Shown: positions 8,700 through 19,381, counted from the stretch's first letter. The stretch: DNA of 37,179 nt from Deinococcales bacterium (GCA_043778225.1 JAYWGM010000023.1:1-37179); one strand, 5' to 3'. Notes: generated from the sequence alone by a model not told the origin. Made by a program: numbers and translations.

Positions 8700-9809
8700 G
8701 TGATTCCACATTTGTATCTTCATGTGCCATTTTGTCCGAGTATTTGTCCTTATTGCGATTTTCACGTTCTCGAGCGGCGTTCGGGCTTGGTCGAAGGCTA
8801 TTTAGCCGAACTCGAGCGCGATGCTGAACAACTTGTGGCTCGACACGGCGCGTATCCACTCGAGACGCTCTATATTGGCGGTGGCACACCGTCTTTTTTG
8901 CGCGACCACGAACTCGAGCAGTTGTGTCGCACGATCAAAAAACATTTTGGCTGGGCAAGCCTTGAAGCCACACTCGAGGTCAATCCGGGAACGGTCAGTG
9001 TGGCTCGAGCGCAGCACTGGAAAGACTTGGGTATCACTCGGGTCAGCCTTGGCTTGCAGAGTACCCAAGACGCTGTCCTCAAATTTTTGGGGCGCACCCA
9101 CAGCGCCGCCCAAGCGCTCGAGGCTTTGCAGATTTTACAAGCGACTGGGTTTGCGGTCAGTGCCGATTTAATCACGGCTGTACCAAACCAAGACTTGGCT
9201 TTGGATATTGCGACCCTTGGGCAGTTGGGCATCAGGCATATTTCGTGTTATACCTTAACAATTGAAGAAGGCACACCGTTTTATAAACAAGGAATTCAAG
9301 TTTCTGAAGAAGCCGAAACCCACGCCCTCGAGTTAGCCGAACCGATGTTAAAGCAGTACGGCTTGGAGCGCTACGAAGTTTCTAATCATGCCAAAGCTGG
9401 CGCGGAATCTAAGCACAACACCGCCTACTGGCAAAATAAATTTTATTATGGACTGGGCGCTGGAGCAGCCGGACATTATCCGTATGTTTCGGACAACCAT
9501 GTGGCGATGCGCCGTACCAATCCATTTTTGCATCAGTGGCTTTTGGGCGAACGCGGCACAGAAGAACTGATTTCTCGAGCCGAGTTTATCACCGATGCGC
9601 TTTTTAATGGTTTGCGGTTGCGCCAAGGGGTGGACATCACCGACATCTCGAGACGGGCTGGACTGGATGCCAAAGTGCATTTTGCCGCCGCTTTTGCGCG
9701 TTGTGAAAATAAGCAGTGGCTCGAGTGGGATAGTAACACGGTGCGTTGTACCCAAGCTGGATGGTGGGTCTTAAATCGTGTGGTCTCGGAGTTTTTACTC
9801 GATTCTTAG
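8700..9809 (+). CDS. hemW: Radical SAM heme chaperone HemW
   Basis: YLHVPFCPSICPYCDF, GGGTPS, YEVSN, HNTAYW; TAGACT-N6-GTG. Confidence 0.9.
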   Translation: MIPHLYLHVPFCPSICPYCDFHVLERRSGLVEGYLAELERDAEQLVARHGAYPLETLYIGGGTPSFLRDHELEQLCRTIKKHFGWASLEATLEVNPGTVSVARAQHWKDLGITRVSLGLQSTQDAVLKFLGRTHSAAQALEALQILQATGFAVSADLITAVPNQDLALDIATLGQLGIRHISCYTLTIEEGTPFYKQGIQVSEEAETHALELAEPMLKQYGLERYEVSNHAKAGAESKHNTAYWQNKFYYGLGAGAAGHYPYVSDNHVAMRRTNPFLHQWLLGERGTEELISRAEFITDALFNGLRLRQGVDITDISRRAGLDAKVHFAAAFARCENKQWLEWDSNTVRCTQAGWWVLNRVVSEFLLDS

Positions 9810-10790
9810 GGTCTGGCGCAGTTCTTGCCCTTTGTGCCAAAGTAAAAGCTGAACACTTTCGCCGATTTTTTTGCGACGGATGATGCGATGATAATCGCGC
9901 AGCGTCTCGACTTTTTCTCCATCGAGTTCTAGTAAGCGCGTTTGGCTGTGTGGCTCGAGTTTAATGCCAGCTTTTTCAAGCGCACCACCTTTTTTAACTA
10001 AAATCACTTCCAGACCTTCTTGGCTTTGCGAAACACGCAAGCCAGCACTTGGCAAATCGAGTTTTGCACCTTTTTTAAGTTGCTCGAGCCACGGCGCTAA
10101 ACCAAAGAGCGGCACAAGAAACGAAACGCGGCTGGTGGCATCTTGGGTATAGCCGATTCCTACACCAATCACTTGCCCCGCAAAGTTCAGGACTGCTCCA
10201 CCAGAATCTCCAGGGTGAATCGGCACATTCGAGAGCATCAGGCGGGTAGGAATTAGTAAGTCCTCGTTTTGCAAATAGCCTTGGACTGCCCCATAACGCG
10301 GCTGGATAAAATCGTTGCCACTGTTGCCAACTTCAACGATTGGGTCGTTGATTTTGGCTTCTTGTTCGGTTTCGAGCGCTAAAAACTCGAGTTGACGCGG
10401 ACTTTGGACTTGAATCATGGCTAAATCCCGAGACTCATCCCAGCCGACCACCCGAGCCGGCAGCAATTCTTGTTTGGTGGTTAAGACCTCGAGTTTATCA
10501 ATGCCTTCGACCGCATGATAGGCAGTTAAAGCATAGCCATCTTTGGAAATCAAAAAGCCACTGGCGCGACCAGTACGGCTGTAATAAAAACGGTCATCCT
10601 TGGAAACCTGCAATGAGCGCAGTTGCAGCATCGCTGGGCGAGCGGCGACAAACGCGCCTTGCAGCAAAGTCTCGAGTTCGGTGCTGGGGCGTGGCTTAAA
10701 AACGACTTCTGGCGTGGCTCGAGACGAAAACCACAGTGTCAGCCCAAGCAAAACCACAGGCAGTGACCAAATCGCTTTTGAAAACAGCAC
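9795..10790 (-). CDS. S1C/HtrA-like serine protease with C-terminal PDZ
   Basis: SGFLI, TAYHAV, DLAMI, PGDSGG triad; membrane anchor; SD GGGAG. Confidence 0.88.
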   Translation of the reverse strand: MLFSKAIWSLPVVLLGLTLWFSSRATPEVVFKPRPSTELETLLQGAFVAARPAMLQLRSLQVSKDDRFYYSRTGRASGFLISKDGYALTAYHAVEGIDKLEVLTTKQELLPARVVGWDESRDLAMIQVQSPRQLEFLALETEQEAKINDPIVEVGNSGNDFIQPRYGAVQGYLQNEDLLIPTRLMLSNVPIHPGDSGGAVLNFAGQVIGVGIGYTQDATSRVSFLVPLFGLAPWLEQLKKGAKLDLPSAGLRVSQSQEGLEVILVKKGGALEKAGIKLEPHSQTRLLELDGEKVETLRDYHRIIRRKKIGESVQLLLWHKGQELRQTLRIE

Positions 10791-10914
10791 GCTTCTCCCT
10801 TTGGAGTTAGAATTGACTGGCTTTCACTTTGTGGGCAGAATCGTTTTCCAACTTAAAAATGGGACTCACCGCTTTGGGACATGGGTCAAAACAGGGCAGA
10901 CATGGGGGTTCGAC

Positions 10915-11895
10915 TTATGAATCCATCTTGTATCCCATGGCTTGTTGCACCATCTCAATCACTTTGGCTTGGGCAAGCGGGTTGGTGCTGTCGGTGGGTG
11001 CGCCAAAGGCAAGGGCAACTTCGCCATTGGCAACGGCGGCAAAATGCTCGAGCAGAAGCTGATAACGATTGGCTTGGATGGTTTTTTCGGTTACGCCGTT
11101 CAAAATTAACGTACCGATTTCTTGGCTTGGATGGACAAATTGCGGTAGCTCGAGCCTACCTTTTGAGCCGACAATCTCGAGGTGCTGGCGGTCTGGTAAA
11201 GCGATTGAGCATTCAAAGACCGCTTGGGCTTTTTCAAACTCGAGAATCGCACTGGTGGTCAGGTCAGAATACTCCGCCGGCACGGTCACACCGCCAACAA
11301 AAGCGCGAGCGCTGGCGGCTTTGGGTTGTTCGCCCAAAAGCAGTAGCGTGGCATTGATGCAGTAGCCACCAAGGTCGTAGAGTGCGCCACCGCCATAAGA
11401 GCGAACCCAACGAATGTTGTTTGGGTTCTCGAGCATAAAAGAAAAACTTGAACGAATAAGCCGAATTTCGCCCAGAACACCACTTTTGATAATCTCGAGG
11501 GCGCGAGTAAACTGCGGATGATGGCGGTACATAAAGCCTTCCATGGCAAGCAGATTCTTGGCTTTGGCTGCCTCGAGAATGGTTTGTACCTCGCTTGGAT
11601 TTAAGCCCATTGGTTTTTCAACATAGACGTGTTTGCCAGCTTCGATGGCTTTTATCGCCCATGGCAAATGCAGATGGTTGGGCAGTGGAATATAAACCGC
11701 ATCAATATCGGATTCGAGCAAGCCCTGATAGCTTGTAACTAATCCAACCTCGAGTTCTTGGGCTTGAATTTGGGCTTTGGCTTGGTCGCTCGAGCCAATG
11801 GCAACACATTCAATATGCTGGGCGGCGTGCATTGCTGGGATGACTTTTTGATTAATGTGGGCTGCACCGAGGACTCCAAAGCGTATGGTTTTCAT
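10915..11895 (-). CDS. Gfo/Idh/MocA family oxidoreductase
   Basis: FGVLGAAHI, AGKHVYVEKP, GGGALYDLGGY; TAGAAT-N7-ATG at 11895. Confidence 0.92.
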   Translation of the reverse strand: MKTIRFGVLGAAHINQKVIPAMHAAQHIECVAIGSSDQAKAQIQAQELEVGLVTSYQGLLESDIDAVYIPLPNHLHLPWAIKAIEAGKHVYVEKPMGLNPSEVQTILEAAKAKNLLAMEGFMYRHHPQFTRALEIIKSGVLGEIRLIRSSFSFMLENPNNIRWVRSYGGGALYDLGGYCINATLLLLGEQPKAASARAFVGGVTVPAEYSDLTTSAILEFEKAQAVFECSIALPDRQHLEIVGSKGRLELPQFVHPSQEIGTLILNGVTEKTIQANRYQLLLEHFAAVANGEVALAFGAPTDSTNPLAQAKVIEMVQQAMGYKMDS

Positions 11896-11935
11896 AAGGC
11901 TTATTCTAGCAAAGAAACGATTGAGGTATTGTCGC

Positions 11936-11970
11936 AAAGAAAAAGCCGATTGCAGGCAACAATCGGCTTC
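11936..11970 (-). terminator. Intrinsic terminator
   Basis: AAGCCGATTG-N7-CAATCGGCTT with U-tail on the minus strand. Confidence 0.8.
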
Positions 11971-11986
11971 TCGAGAACTGGTGTTT

Positions 11987-12406
11987 TTAGGCTGACCGGG
12001 ACGTGACCAGACTTAAACGTTTGGCTCTTGTCCAAAGGTAGAGCATCAAAGCCCCGCCAAGGATTGAACAAACCGCAATCACATTGCGAATAAATTCAAT
12101 CGTTTTGACTTGGTAAGGATAAATCCCCTTTTGCTTTAAGTAGGTATTGTCAATCAGTTGTGCGCCTTTTTCGCCAGTGCCTTGCATATAGGCTTGAGCG
12201 GGTAAGGCAAGAAATTTTTGCGGGCTGCCAATGTAGATATTGCTTTGACTATCGCCAAATAATTCGGCGGCTTCGAGTTTTTCTGCCAATTGAGCATAAA
12301 TCGAACCGCGCAATAAGAGGCTCGAGGCAAGCAAACTACCAAGCAGCAAGACCCCAGCCAGAATTGCCAGCACAAAAAAAGTAGTCTTAAAGCGAACCAA
12401 TTTCAT
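11987..12406 (-). CDS. Hypothetical membrane protein (2 TM)
   Basis: 139-aa ORF with SD AAGGGA, two hydrophobic segments, directly downstream of yceI. Confidence 0.7.
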   Translation of the reverse strand: MKLVRFKTTFFVLAILAGVLLLGSLLASSLLLRGSIYAQLAEKLEAAELFGDSQSNIYIGSPQKFLALPAQAYMQGTGEKGAQLIDNTYLKQKGIYPYQVKTIEFIRNVIAVCSILGGALMLYLWTRAKRLSLVTSRSA

Positions 12407-12429
12407 TATTTCCCTTGAGAACGTGTGTA

Positions 12430-13032
12430 TTATTTGTTGGTGGCAATGGTTTTTAGGGTAATGACAATCGTTTCTGAAACCCGTCCAGCCGCAATGCTCG
12501 GATGACTGACCTTGTAATCCGAAAGTTTAACTGGAAATTTGGCATTGACCGCCAAGGAATCGCCAGCGATACGAGCCGAAGCCGTGGCAGCATTGGCATT
12601 GGTGACTTTGATCGTTGCCACAGTAATCAAGGCTTTGGTGACACCGTTCATGGTTAAACTGCCTGTGATACGGTAATTGTTGTCACGCATCCACTGGACT
12701 CGGGTGGCTTCAAATTTAATTTCAGGGTTCTTATCAAAATTAAACCAAGCTGGGGTTCGCATATCTTTGTTGCGTTGCTCGACACCAGTATCCAGTGTTG
12801 CACCATCCACAGTAATTGTGCCGGTACCAGTTTTGGCTTCACGGTCAAAATTAAATGTGCCTTTAATTTTGCTGGTACGCGCCGTAAAATTCTCAACATC
12901 GGTTTCTGATTCGGCAATCGCAATGTTTAAGTTATCGCGCTCGACCACTTTCCAGACTTCGGTTGCGCCTCGAGCGCTCATTAGTGTGCTGAGTGCCAAT
13001 GCCCCAAATGCCAATAAAACTTGCTTTTTCAT
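12430..13032 (-). CDS. YceI family lipid/polyisoprenoid-binding protein
   Basis: Signal peptide; LDTGVEQRNKDMR..WFNFDKNPEIKF, GSLTMNGVTK; SD GGAGG. Confidence 0.9.
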   Translation of the reverse strand: MKKQVLLAFGALALSTLMSARGATEVWKVVERDNLNIAIAESETDVENFTARTSKIKGTFNFDREAKTGTGTITVDGATLDTGVEQRNKDMRTPAWFNFDKNPEIKFEATRVQWMRDNNYRITGSLTMNGVTKALITVATIKVTNANAATASARIAGDSLAVNAKFPVKLSDYKVSHPSIAAGRVSETIVITLKTIATNK

Positions 13033-13203
13033 AAAGACCTCCTAAAATTTACAAAACGATAGTCGCCTAAAAACCAGACTGCTACAGTTTTCAACAGAAA
13101 CGACCGACAGTCAGAGTATGCCACACAACCGCATTATTTTGGTGAACAGTCCAATCTCCTCGGCTCGAGATGTTAAACTGGCAATGCTCCAAAAGGACAA
13201 TCT

Positions 13204-13770
13204 ATGAGTGATTATATTCCAGACGGCTACACCCTCACGCCCTACCTCTCCGAGACACGCCAAACCGAATTTTTAGCAGCCGGACAAGCCATCGAAAGCG
13301 GCAAGTCGTATATGGCAGTGGTCGAAACCAACAAAGGGCGCATGGTTCTCGAGTTATACGCCAGCCAAACTCCAAAAACCGTCAACAATTTTGTTTGGTT
13401 GGCGCGTCATCATTACTTTGATGGGATTGTTTTTCATCGGGTTCTCGAGGGTTTTATGGCACAGACTGGCGATCCATCTGGCTCTGGGCGCGGTGGACCT
13501 GGCTACAAATTTGGCGACGAGTTTAACCCCGAACTGCGCCACCGTGGTAAAGGCATCCTGAGCATGGCAAACGCTGGACCGGGTACAAATGGCAGCCAGT
13601 TTTTTATGCTTTTTGCTGACCAACCGCATTTGGATGGTAAGCACAGTGTTTTTGGTAAAGTTGTCGAGGGCTTGGATGTGCTGGATAAACTGCAACGCAT
13701 TGACCCAAGCCGCCCGAGCTTTGGCACAACCCCAGACAGCATGACCAAAGTCTATATTGTCCAAAAATAA
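13204..13770 (+). CDS. Cyclophilin-type peptidyl-prolyl cis-trans isomerase
   Basis: [42 protein letters not shown]. Confidence 0.96.
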   Translation: MSDYIPDGYTLTPYLSETRQTEFLAAGQAIESGKSYMAVVETNKGRMVLELYASQTPKTVNNFVWLARHHYFDGIVFHRVLEGFMAQTGDPSGSGRGGPGYKFGDEFNPELRHRGKGILSMANAGPGTNGSQFFMLFADQPHLDGKHSVFGKVVEGLDVLDKLQRIDPSRPSFGTTPDSMTKVYIVQK

Positions 13771-13784
13771 CATGGGTTGTCTTG

Positions 13785-13813
13785 AATCCCCAATAAATTG
13801 GGGATTTTTGTTT
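13785..13813 (+). terminator. Intrinsic terminator
   Basis: AATCCCCAA-TAAA-TTGGGGATT then T-rich tail. Confidence 0.75.
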
Positions 13814-13900
13814 GAAAATTTCCTCGAGAAACCCCCATTTGGCGGTTTATCTACCTCGATGTGAGGGTTTGTATGATATTCTCTTTGTGGGGAGGGTAGA

Positions 13901-15811
13901 ATGCAGAATTTAAGCAAAAGTAAAGCTGAGCTTATAGGCACGAACCTGAGCTTTGAATACAATAAAATTCGCACTGTTGCAATTCAGCAGTTTTCTCAAG
14001 CTGGTGCAATGGCACTGCAAATAACCAATCTAAAAGCCGCCGCCGTTTGCTGGATTTCAGGCGGAGCGATTGACCTGTTAAGTACCCAAGGTCTAGGACA
14101 GCACTTACTTTCTCGTTTGCCGCCTCGAGATTTAACTTGGTTTATGCCAAAAGCACCGTGCAGCAGTACTGACCAAGCGGTGCTTAGCCCCATTCAAGGT
14201 TTTCTGGGTATCAGTGGCTACCAATTTGTGCTGAGTTTACCGATTTACGCCTACTCGGGCGAAGTCATGGGGGCAATGCTGCTTTTAGACACCAAGCAAG
14301 TCAGCCCAACCGCCGAACAACTCGAGTTGCTCACCAATCTAATCAGCATGGTCATGGTTGGTATAGATGCCACTCGAGAATTGAAATACTATCAAGCAAC
14401 CCAACCAGAATTAACCAAACTTGTCAATCAGTTACCCTTAATTTTTTTACGAACCAACCAATTTGGGCAGCTTGACTTTATTGGCGGTGGTGCATTTACC
14501 CAATGGCAAACCCAAGGAATTCTTTCCAAAAATAAAAATTTTGTCGGCGATGAAGTTTTTGCACGTAAAGTTTATTCGCCAGCCCTCCAAGAAGCCATTC
14601 GCCAAGCCATGCAGGGACAAACCGTTCACACCATCCTCGAGTGGCGCGACCAGACGCTCAGCACTTTGGTACGTCCGATAGACCCCGAGCATCCAGCCCA
14701 AGGTGTTTTGGGGGTTGGTTTGGACATCACCCAATTACCGAGTGCCAAAAAACTAGACGATTATCGAATTCTTGAGAATGCTGTACAAAACAGCAATGAA
14801 CTGATTTTAATTACCGATGCCCAAATCGAATTGCCGGGTCCGCAAATTACTTTTGCCAATTTAGCGCTCTTAAAACAGACTGGCTACGAAATAGCCGAAC
14901 TACTTGGTCAAACCCCTCGGATGTTACAAGGCGCACAGACCAACCGCACCATGCTTGCTGAGTTAAAACTGGCGCTCAAAAGCGGACAGCCATTTCGCGG
15001 ACAAACCACCAATTACCGCAAAAATGGCAGCACCTATATGGTTGAATGGGACATCAGCCCAGTGTTGGATGAGACTGGTCAGATTACCCATTTTTTAAGT
15101 ATTCAGCGCGATATTTCTGAGCGGATTAAGCTCGAGCGATTGCTCGAAGACCTGAGAAACAGCTTGGATGGCAAGCGAGACAGTCAACTAGCCGTTGAGC
15201 AAATCGAAACCCAGCTTGCCACGATTCAAGCTCAACTCAAAAATGGTCAGATGCAGGGGCATCTCGAGAATTTAGGTGGGGCTGTCATTTTACTACAGAT
15301 GCTTTCGGTGGCACATTCGAGTGGTGCGATTCATTTTGAGCGGGCTGATACCCACCAGTATAGTGGCACACTTTATTTGCTAGACGGACGAATTGTATCG
15401 GTCGAACACCCAAATCTGAGTGGAAAAGCAGCCGTTATGGATTTATTGCAACTCGAGCGAGGCAGTTTTTTATTGGACACCCATGCAACACCCAAAGAAC
15501 GCCGTTTTGACCTTGACCCAACGGCTTTATCGCTTGAATTGGCTCGAGACCAAGATGAATTGCTCGAGCAGCAACGCCAGGTGCTACAAAATAAAGAAGC
15601 CAACACAGACCAAAGCAATGTTCTGGTTTTGCCACACCTAGATGCCGCCACCAGTTTTATGCGTGGGGTCGGCGGCGAAAGCTATTTTACTGCCAGTTTT
15701 GAAACACAAACAGGTTGGACGGACAAAAAACTGGTGCTGCGTGGCAGAGGCTTTATGTTGGTGGTGCTTGAAGGTGGCTTGGCAAATTTACCCCAAGGCA
15801 TCAAAACATAA
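13901..15811 (+). CDS. GAF-PAS-PAS sensor with C-terminal DUF4388 (PatA-N)-like domain
   Basis: GAF-like LPI..GEVMGAMLLLD; PAS/PAC ITDA..ITFAN..TGY..LGQTPRMLQG..NYRKNGS..IQRDISER; GxL..LLQML..SG..GTLYLLDGRIV..GSF. Confidence 0.75.
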   Translation: MQNLSKSKAELIGTNLSFEYNKIRTVAIQQFSQAGAMALQITNLKAAAVCWISGGAIDLLSTQGLGQHLLSRLPPRDLTWFMPKAPCSSTDQAVLSPIQGFLGISGYQFVLSLPIYAYSGEVMGAMLLLDTKQVSPTAEQLELLTNLISMVMVGIDATRELKYYQATQPELTKLVNQLPLIFLRTNQFGQLDFIGGGAFTQWQTQGILSKNKNFVGDEVFARKVYSPALQEAIRQAMQGQTVHTILEWRDQTLSTLVRPIDPEHPAQGVLGVGLDITQLPSAKKLDDYRILENAVQNSNELILITDAQIELPGPQITFANLALLKQTGYEIAELLGQTPRMLQGAQTNRTMLAELKLALKSGQPFRGQTTNYRKNGSTYMVEWDISPVLDETGQITHFLSIQRDISERIKLERLLEDLRNSLDGKRDSQLAVEQIETQLATIQAQLKNGQMQGHLENLGGAVILLQMLSVAHSSGAIHFERADTHQYSGTLYLLDGRIVSVEHPNLSGKAAVMDLLQLERGSFLLDTHATPKERRFDLDPTALSLELARDQDELLEQQRQVLQNKEANTDQSNVLVLPHLDAATSFMRGVGGESYFTASFETQTGWTDKKLVLRGRGFMLVVLEGGLANLPQGIKT

Positions 15812-15845
15812 GTAAAGCTAAATTACTTTGAACCAATTCTCAGCA

Positions 15846-15871
15846 GAGCAGACCCCTGTGTCTGCCCCTAC
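15846..15871 (-). repeat. GTAG-type REP-like palindrome
   Basis: Minus strand reads GTAGGGGCAGACACAGGGGTCTGCTC. Confidence 0.6.
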
Positions 15872-15991
15872 ACGTAATTTCTTCGTATTGATACCTCATA
15901 AATCTGCATTCCCACTTAACTTTTTTCTGCTCGAGTATGCCCAAGCCATCCAAACGTATTTTGCCTTACATTAAATTTCAACTCGAGCTAA

Positions 15992-16010
15992 TACAATCCG
16001 TCCAGACGGT
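15992..16010 (+). promoter_or_regulatory. -10 box and probable TetR operator
   Basis: TACAAT followed by palindrome CCGTC-CA-GACGG immediately before the tetR ATG. Confidence 0.7.
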
Positions 16011-16553
16011 ATGAGAATAAATAACCCCCAAGAAACTCGAGAAAAGCTACTCCAAGCGGCTGCCCTTGTGATTCTCGAGCGCGGCGCAAACAGCCTAACA
16101 CTCGAGAATGTGGCGGCTGCCGCCAAAATCAGCAAAGGCGGACTGCTGCATCATTTTCCCAACAAAGAAGCCCTTTTGGGCGGCTTAATGGAGCAACTGA
16201 TTGGCGCTTTTGAAGATTGTGTGACTCGAGAACTGAACAACGAACCGAACACGGCTGGGCGTTGGCTTCGAGCCTATATCCGCGCCACTTTTTCGCCCAG
16301 CCCCGAAGAACAAGCCCTGACAACTGCGCTTGCCAGCCTAATCAGCAGCCAGCCCAATTTATTAAGCACCCTAAAAACCAGTTTTGATTTTGTTGAGCGC
16401 AGTATCGTGGCTGATGGCTTACCACTGGCTCGAGCTACCGCCATTCGGCTTGCCTGCGATGGACTGTGGTTTAGCGAACTGAGCGGCATGATTGAACTGC
16501 AAGCAATTGAACGCCAAGCCTTGCTCGAGGAACTGCTGGAGTTGGCAAAATGA
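16011..16553 (+). CDS. TetR/AcrR family regulator
   Basis: HTH LTLENVAAAAKISKGGLLHHFPNKEALL; RLACDGLW C-terminal motif. Confidence 0.93.
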   Translation: MRINNPQETREKLLQAAALVILERGANSLTLENVAAAAKISKGGLLHHFPNKEALLGGLMEQLIGAFEDCVTRELNNEPNTAGRWLRAYIRATFSPSPEEQALTTALASLISSQPNLLSTLKTSFDFVERSIVADGLPLARATAIRLACDGLWFSELSGMIELQAIERQALLEELLELAK

Positions 16554-17782
16554 GCCAAAATTGGAAACCACGTTTTTTTAGCATCTGGATTGGACAAGCC
16601 TTATCTTTAATCGGCAGCGCCCTGACTCAATTTGTGCTGCTCTGGTGGATTACCAAAACCACCGAATCCGCCAGTGCCTTGGCTATTGCTGGGGTGATGG
16701 GCTTACTGCCACAGGCTATTCTTGGACCACTGGGCGGCACATTGGCAGACCGATTAAACCGCCGGCACATCATGATTGCAGCCGACAGCATCAGCGCGAT
16801 GGCGATGATCATCATGGTTTATTTGTTCTCGAGTAACCAAATTGCCTTGTGGCACATTTACAGCCTGATGTTCCTGCGCTCGAGTATGCAAGCCTTCCAA
16901 AGCCCAGCCGCCGCCGCCAGCACCAGTTTACTTGTGCCACCAGATTGGCTGCCACGGGTGGCTGGCATGAACCAAGCCATGCAGGGCATCATGACGATTG
17001 CGGCTGCACCACTTGGCGCGTTGGCACTGGCGTTTTTGCCATTTCAAGGTGCATTGATGATTGATGTCGTGACGGCGGTGTTGGGCATTGTGCCACTTTT
17101 AATTTACACCATTCCGCAAACCAAGCGGCTCGAGACCGAAAAAACCAGTGTCTGGACAGATTTTAAGGAAGGGTTAGGTTATGTGACGCAACGCCGAGGT
17201 TTACTGATGTTGTACGGCTTATTGGGCTTGGTGGTTCTCACGGTCATGCCGACCTTTGCCCTCACGCCGCTTTTGGTCAAGCAACATTTTGGTGGTGGAG
17301 TCAACGAAGTCGCCATCATGGAGGGACTGGCTGGTATTGGGATGATTGCTGGCGGGGTCTTTATCAGCATCTTTCCGCTGTTCAAAAAACGCATTGTGAC
17401 CTTACTTATTTCGTTTGCTATTTCGTGCGGCACAGTTGCCCTGACTGCTCTTGCACCAAGCAATGGCTTATGGCTGGCGACCATTTGGTGGACGTTAAGC
17501 GGTATCACATTTTCGACTGGTAATGCCCCGATGATGGCAATTATTCAGACCAGTGTGCCAAACCAAATTCAAGGGCGGGTTTTATCTTTAATGAACACCG
17601 TCATGGGCTTGGCTGGACCAATTGGTTTAGCCATCGCTGGACCACTGGGCGACGCGATTGGTGTGCGTGGCGTGTTTATTGTTGGCGGCACGCTCTCGGC
17701 AATTGTTTGTGCTTTGGGCTTTTTCTCGAGCCACTTAATGGGTATCGAAAGCCCGACTGAAAAACTCGAGCCACAAGGATAA
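16550..17782 (+). CDS. MFS efflux transporter (Mef/DHA3-like)
   Basis: IWIGQALSLIGSALTQF, GTLADRLNRR, QGRVLS; about 12 TM; ATGA overlap with tetR. Confidence 0.9.
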   Translation: MSQNWKPRFFSIWIGQALSLIGSALTQFVLLWWITKTTESASALAIAGVMGLLPQAILGPLGGTLADRLNRRHIMIAADSISAMAMIIMVYLFSSNQIALWHIYSLMFLRSSMQAFQSPAAAASTSLLVPPDWLPRVAGMNQAMQGIMTIAAAPLGALALAFLPFQGALMIDVVTAVLGIVPLLIYTIPQTKRLETEKTSVWTDFKEGLGYVTQRRGLLMLYGLLGLVVLTVMPTFALTPLLVKQHFGGGVNEVAIMEGLAGIGMIAGGVFISIFPLFKKRIVTLLISFAISCGTVALTALAPSNGLWLATIWWTLSGITFSTGNAPMMAIIQTSVPNQIQGRVLSLMNTVMGLAGPIGLAIAGPLGDAIGVRGVFIVGGTLSAIVCALGFFSSHLMGIESPTEKLEPQG

Positions 17783-17785
17783 AAT

Positions 17786-18934
17786 ATGACCCAGCGAATT
17801 GAACTTTTGGATGTGCTGCGCGGCTTTGCAATTCTTGGCACACTCGGCACAAATATCTGGTTATTTGCCAATGGTGGCAACCTAGCGGCGTTCTTTGGCA
17901 GCAGCGCTTATCAAAGCCAACTCGAGTATGTTCTACAGCAAGCGACCCTCTTTTTTGCCAACGGTAAGTTTTTGGGGATGCTGACGATTTTATTTGGGGT
18001 TGGTTTAGAATTGCAGTACCAAAGTGCGAAAAAACGTGGCAAAGCTTTTTTACCAGCTTATTTGTGGCGCTCGGTCTTGCTGCTTTTGGATGGCTTGCTG
18101 CATTTTGTGCTGATTCTCGAGTTTGATATTTTGATGGGCTATGCGGTCACGGCAATGCTGGTGGCGTTTATTGTGACCAAGGGCGAACGTGTTATGCAGT
18201 TTGCTATGGTCGTGGCAGGTGGAATTCATCTGTTGCTGGTCGGAGGCATCACGCTGCTTTTGGTACTGACCCCACGCACAGAACTCGAGCGTTCACTGGG
18301 CGACCTTAGCCAAATCACGCAGGTATACCTTAATGGTTCGTATTTTGAGGGCGTTCTGTACCGCCTCAACAATTTTAGTTCTTTGCGGCTCGAGCCAATT
18401 TTTGTGATTCCAATGGGCGTGGCGCTGTTTTTATGGGGTGTGCGTCTGATGCGCCAAGGTGCATTTACGCCTCAAGGCTCGAGCCTCACCAACATGATGA
18501 TGTACTGGGGTTTAGGGCTGGGCATACCGCTCAATCTGCTGGCACTTCATCCCGAACTGAACTTAGATTTTGCGGCTCGGTACTTATTTGCCCCAATTCA
18601 AGCGGCTGGTTATCTTGGTCTGATTGCTTTAGCCCTACGAAATGGCTGGCTGAAAACCATAGGCTCGAGCATCGCACGGGTCGGACGGATGGCACTCAGT
18701 AACTATATGCTCCAAGGTGTCTTGGCATCAATCCTTTTTTATGGCTGGGGATTTGGTTTGGCACGTCAGCCAAATGCCTATCTTGCTTTCATGGCGTGGC
18801 TTGGAATCAGCCTAACCTTGATTGTCTTCTCGAGCCTGTGGTTAAGAAATTTTAAGCAAGGACCATTTGAAACCATCTGGAAAATTTTAAGCGAAATGCC
18901 ATTCAAGAAATCAATCAAAGCCCAAGTGCCTTAA
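17786..18934 (+). CDS. DUF418 (YeiB-like) membrane protein
   Basis: RIELLDVLRGFAILG, LFGVG, DILMGYA, GRMALSNY, QGPFE. Confidence 0.9.
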   Translation: MTQRIELLDVLRGFAILGTLGTNIWLFANGGNLAAFFGSSAYQSQLEYVLQQATLFFANGKFLGMLTILFGVGLELQYQSAKKRGKAFLPAYLWRSVLLLLDGLLHFVLILEFDILMGYAVTAMLVAFIVTKGERVMQFAMVVAGGIHLLLVGGITLLLVLTPRTELERSLGDLSQITQVYLNGSYFEGVLYRLNNFSSLRLEPIFVIPMGVALFLWGVRLMRQGAFTPQGSSLTNMMMYWGLGLGIPLNLLALHPELNLDFAARYLFAPIQAAGYLGLIALALRNGWLKTIGSSIARVGRMALSNYMLQGVLASILFYGWGFGLARQPNAYLAFMAWLGISLTLIVFSSLWLRNFKQGPFETIWKILSEMPFKKSIKAQVP

Positions 18935-19331
18935 TCCCAAGTTTGGCAAGTTCGATGTCCTCGGACTCGGGCAACCCACTGACCCCAACTGCGCCAACAC
19001 AGACTCCGTCCACAAAAATCGGTAAACCGCCACCCCAGCCGATGTAGCGCGAATCGCCAAAGTTGCGTAAATCAAAACCATCGGTTGGGTGTCTGGCGGC
19101 TTGCCCAATATCGCGGCTTGGGCGGCGTTCTCGAGCGGCGGTAAAGGCTTTATTTTGAGCGATTAAAATACTGGGCAGTGGCGCACCTGCGATTCGTACC
19201 AAAGCCAATAATTCGCCATGGGAATCGGTGACCGTTACAACTGCGCTTTTTTGGCGTTGCTCGAGTTCGAGTTGAATTGCGGCAATGATTTTTTGTGCCT
19301 CGAGATGCCCTAGATTTAAGGTATTTTGCAT
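18915..19331 (-). CDS. GlcG/HbpS family heme-binding protein
   Basis: VTDSHG, IAQNKAFTA, GGGLPI..GAVGVSG..D; TAGAAT-N5-ATG. Confidence 0.9.
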   Translation of the reverse strand: MQNTLNLGHLEAQKIIAAIQLELEQRQKSAVVTVTDSHGELLALVRIAGAPLPSILIAQNKAFTAARERRPSRDIGQAARHPTDGFDLRNFGDSRYIGWGGGLPIFVDGVCVGAVGVSGLPESEDIELAKLGIKALGL

Positions 19332-19381
19332 CAGCTATTCTACATGACACCCAGCGCCAGTCATAATTACGCAAGCATAAC

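Noticed and set aside
14790..15125. LOV photoreceptor
   Set aside because: The photoactive Cys of GRNCRFLQ is replaced (GQTPRMLQ)
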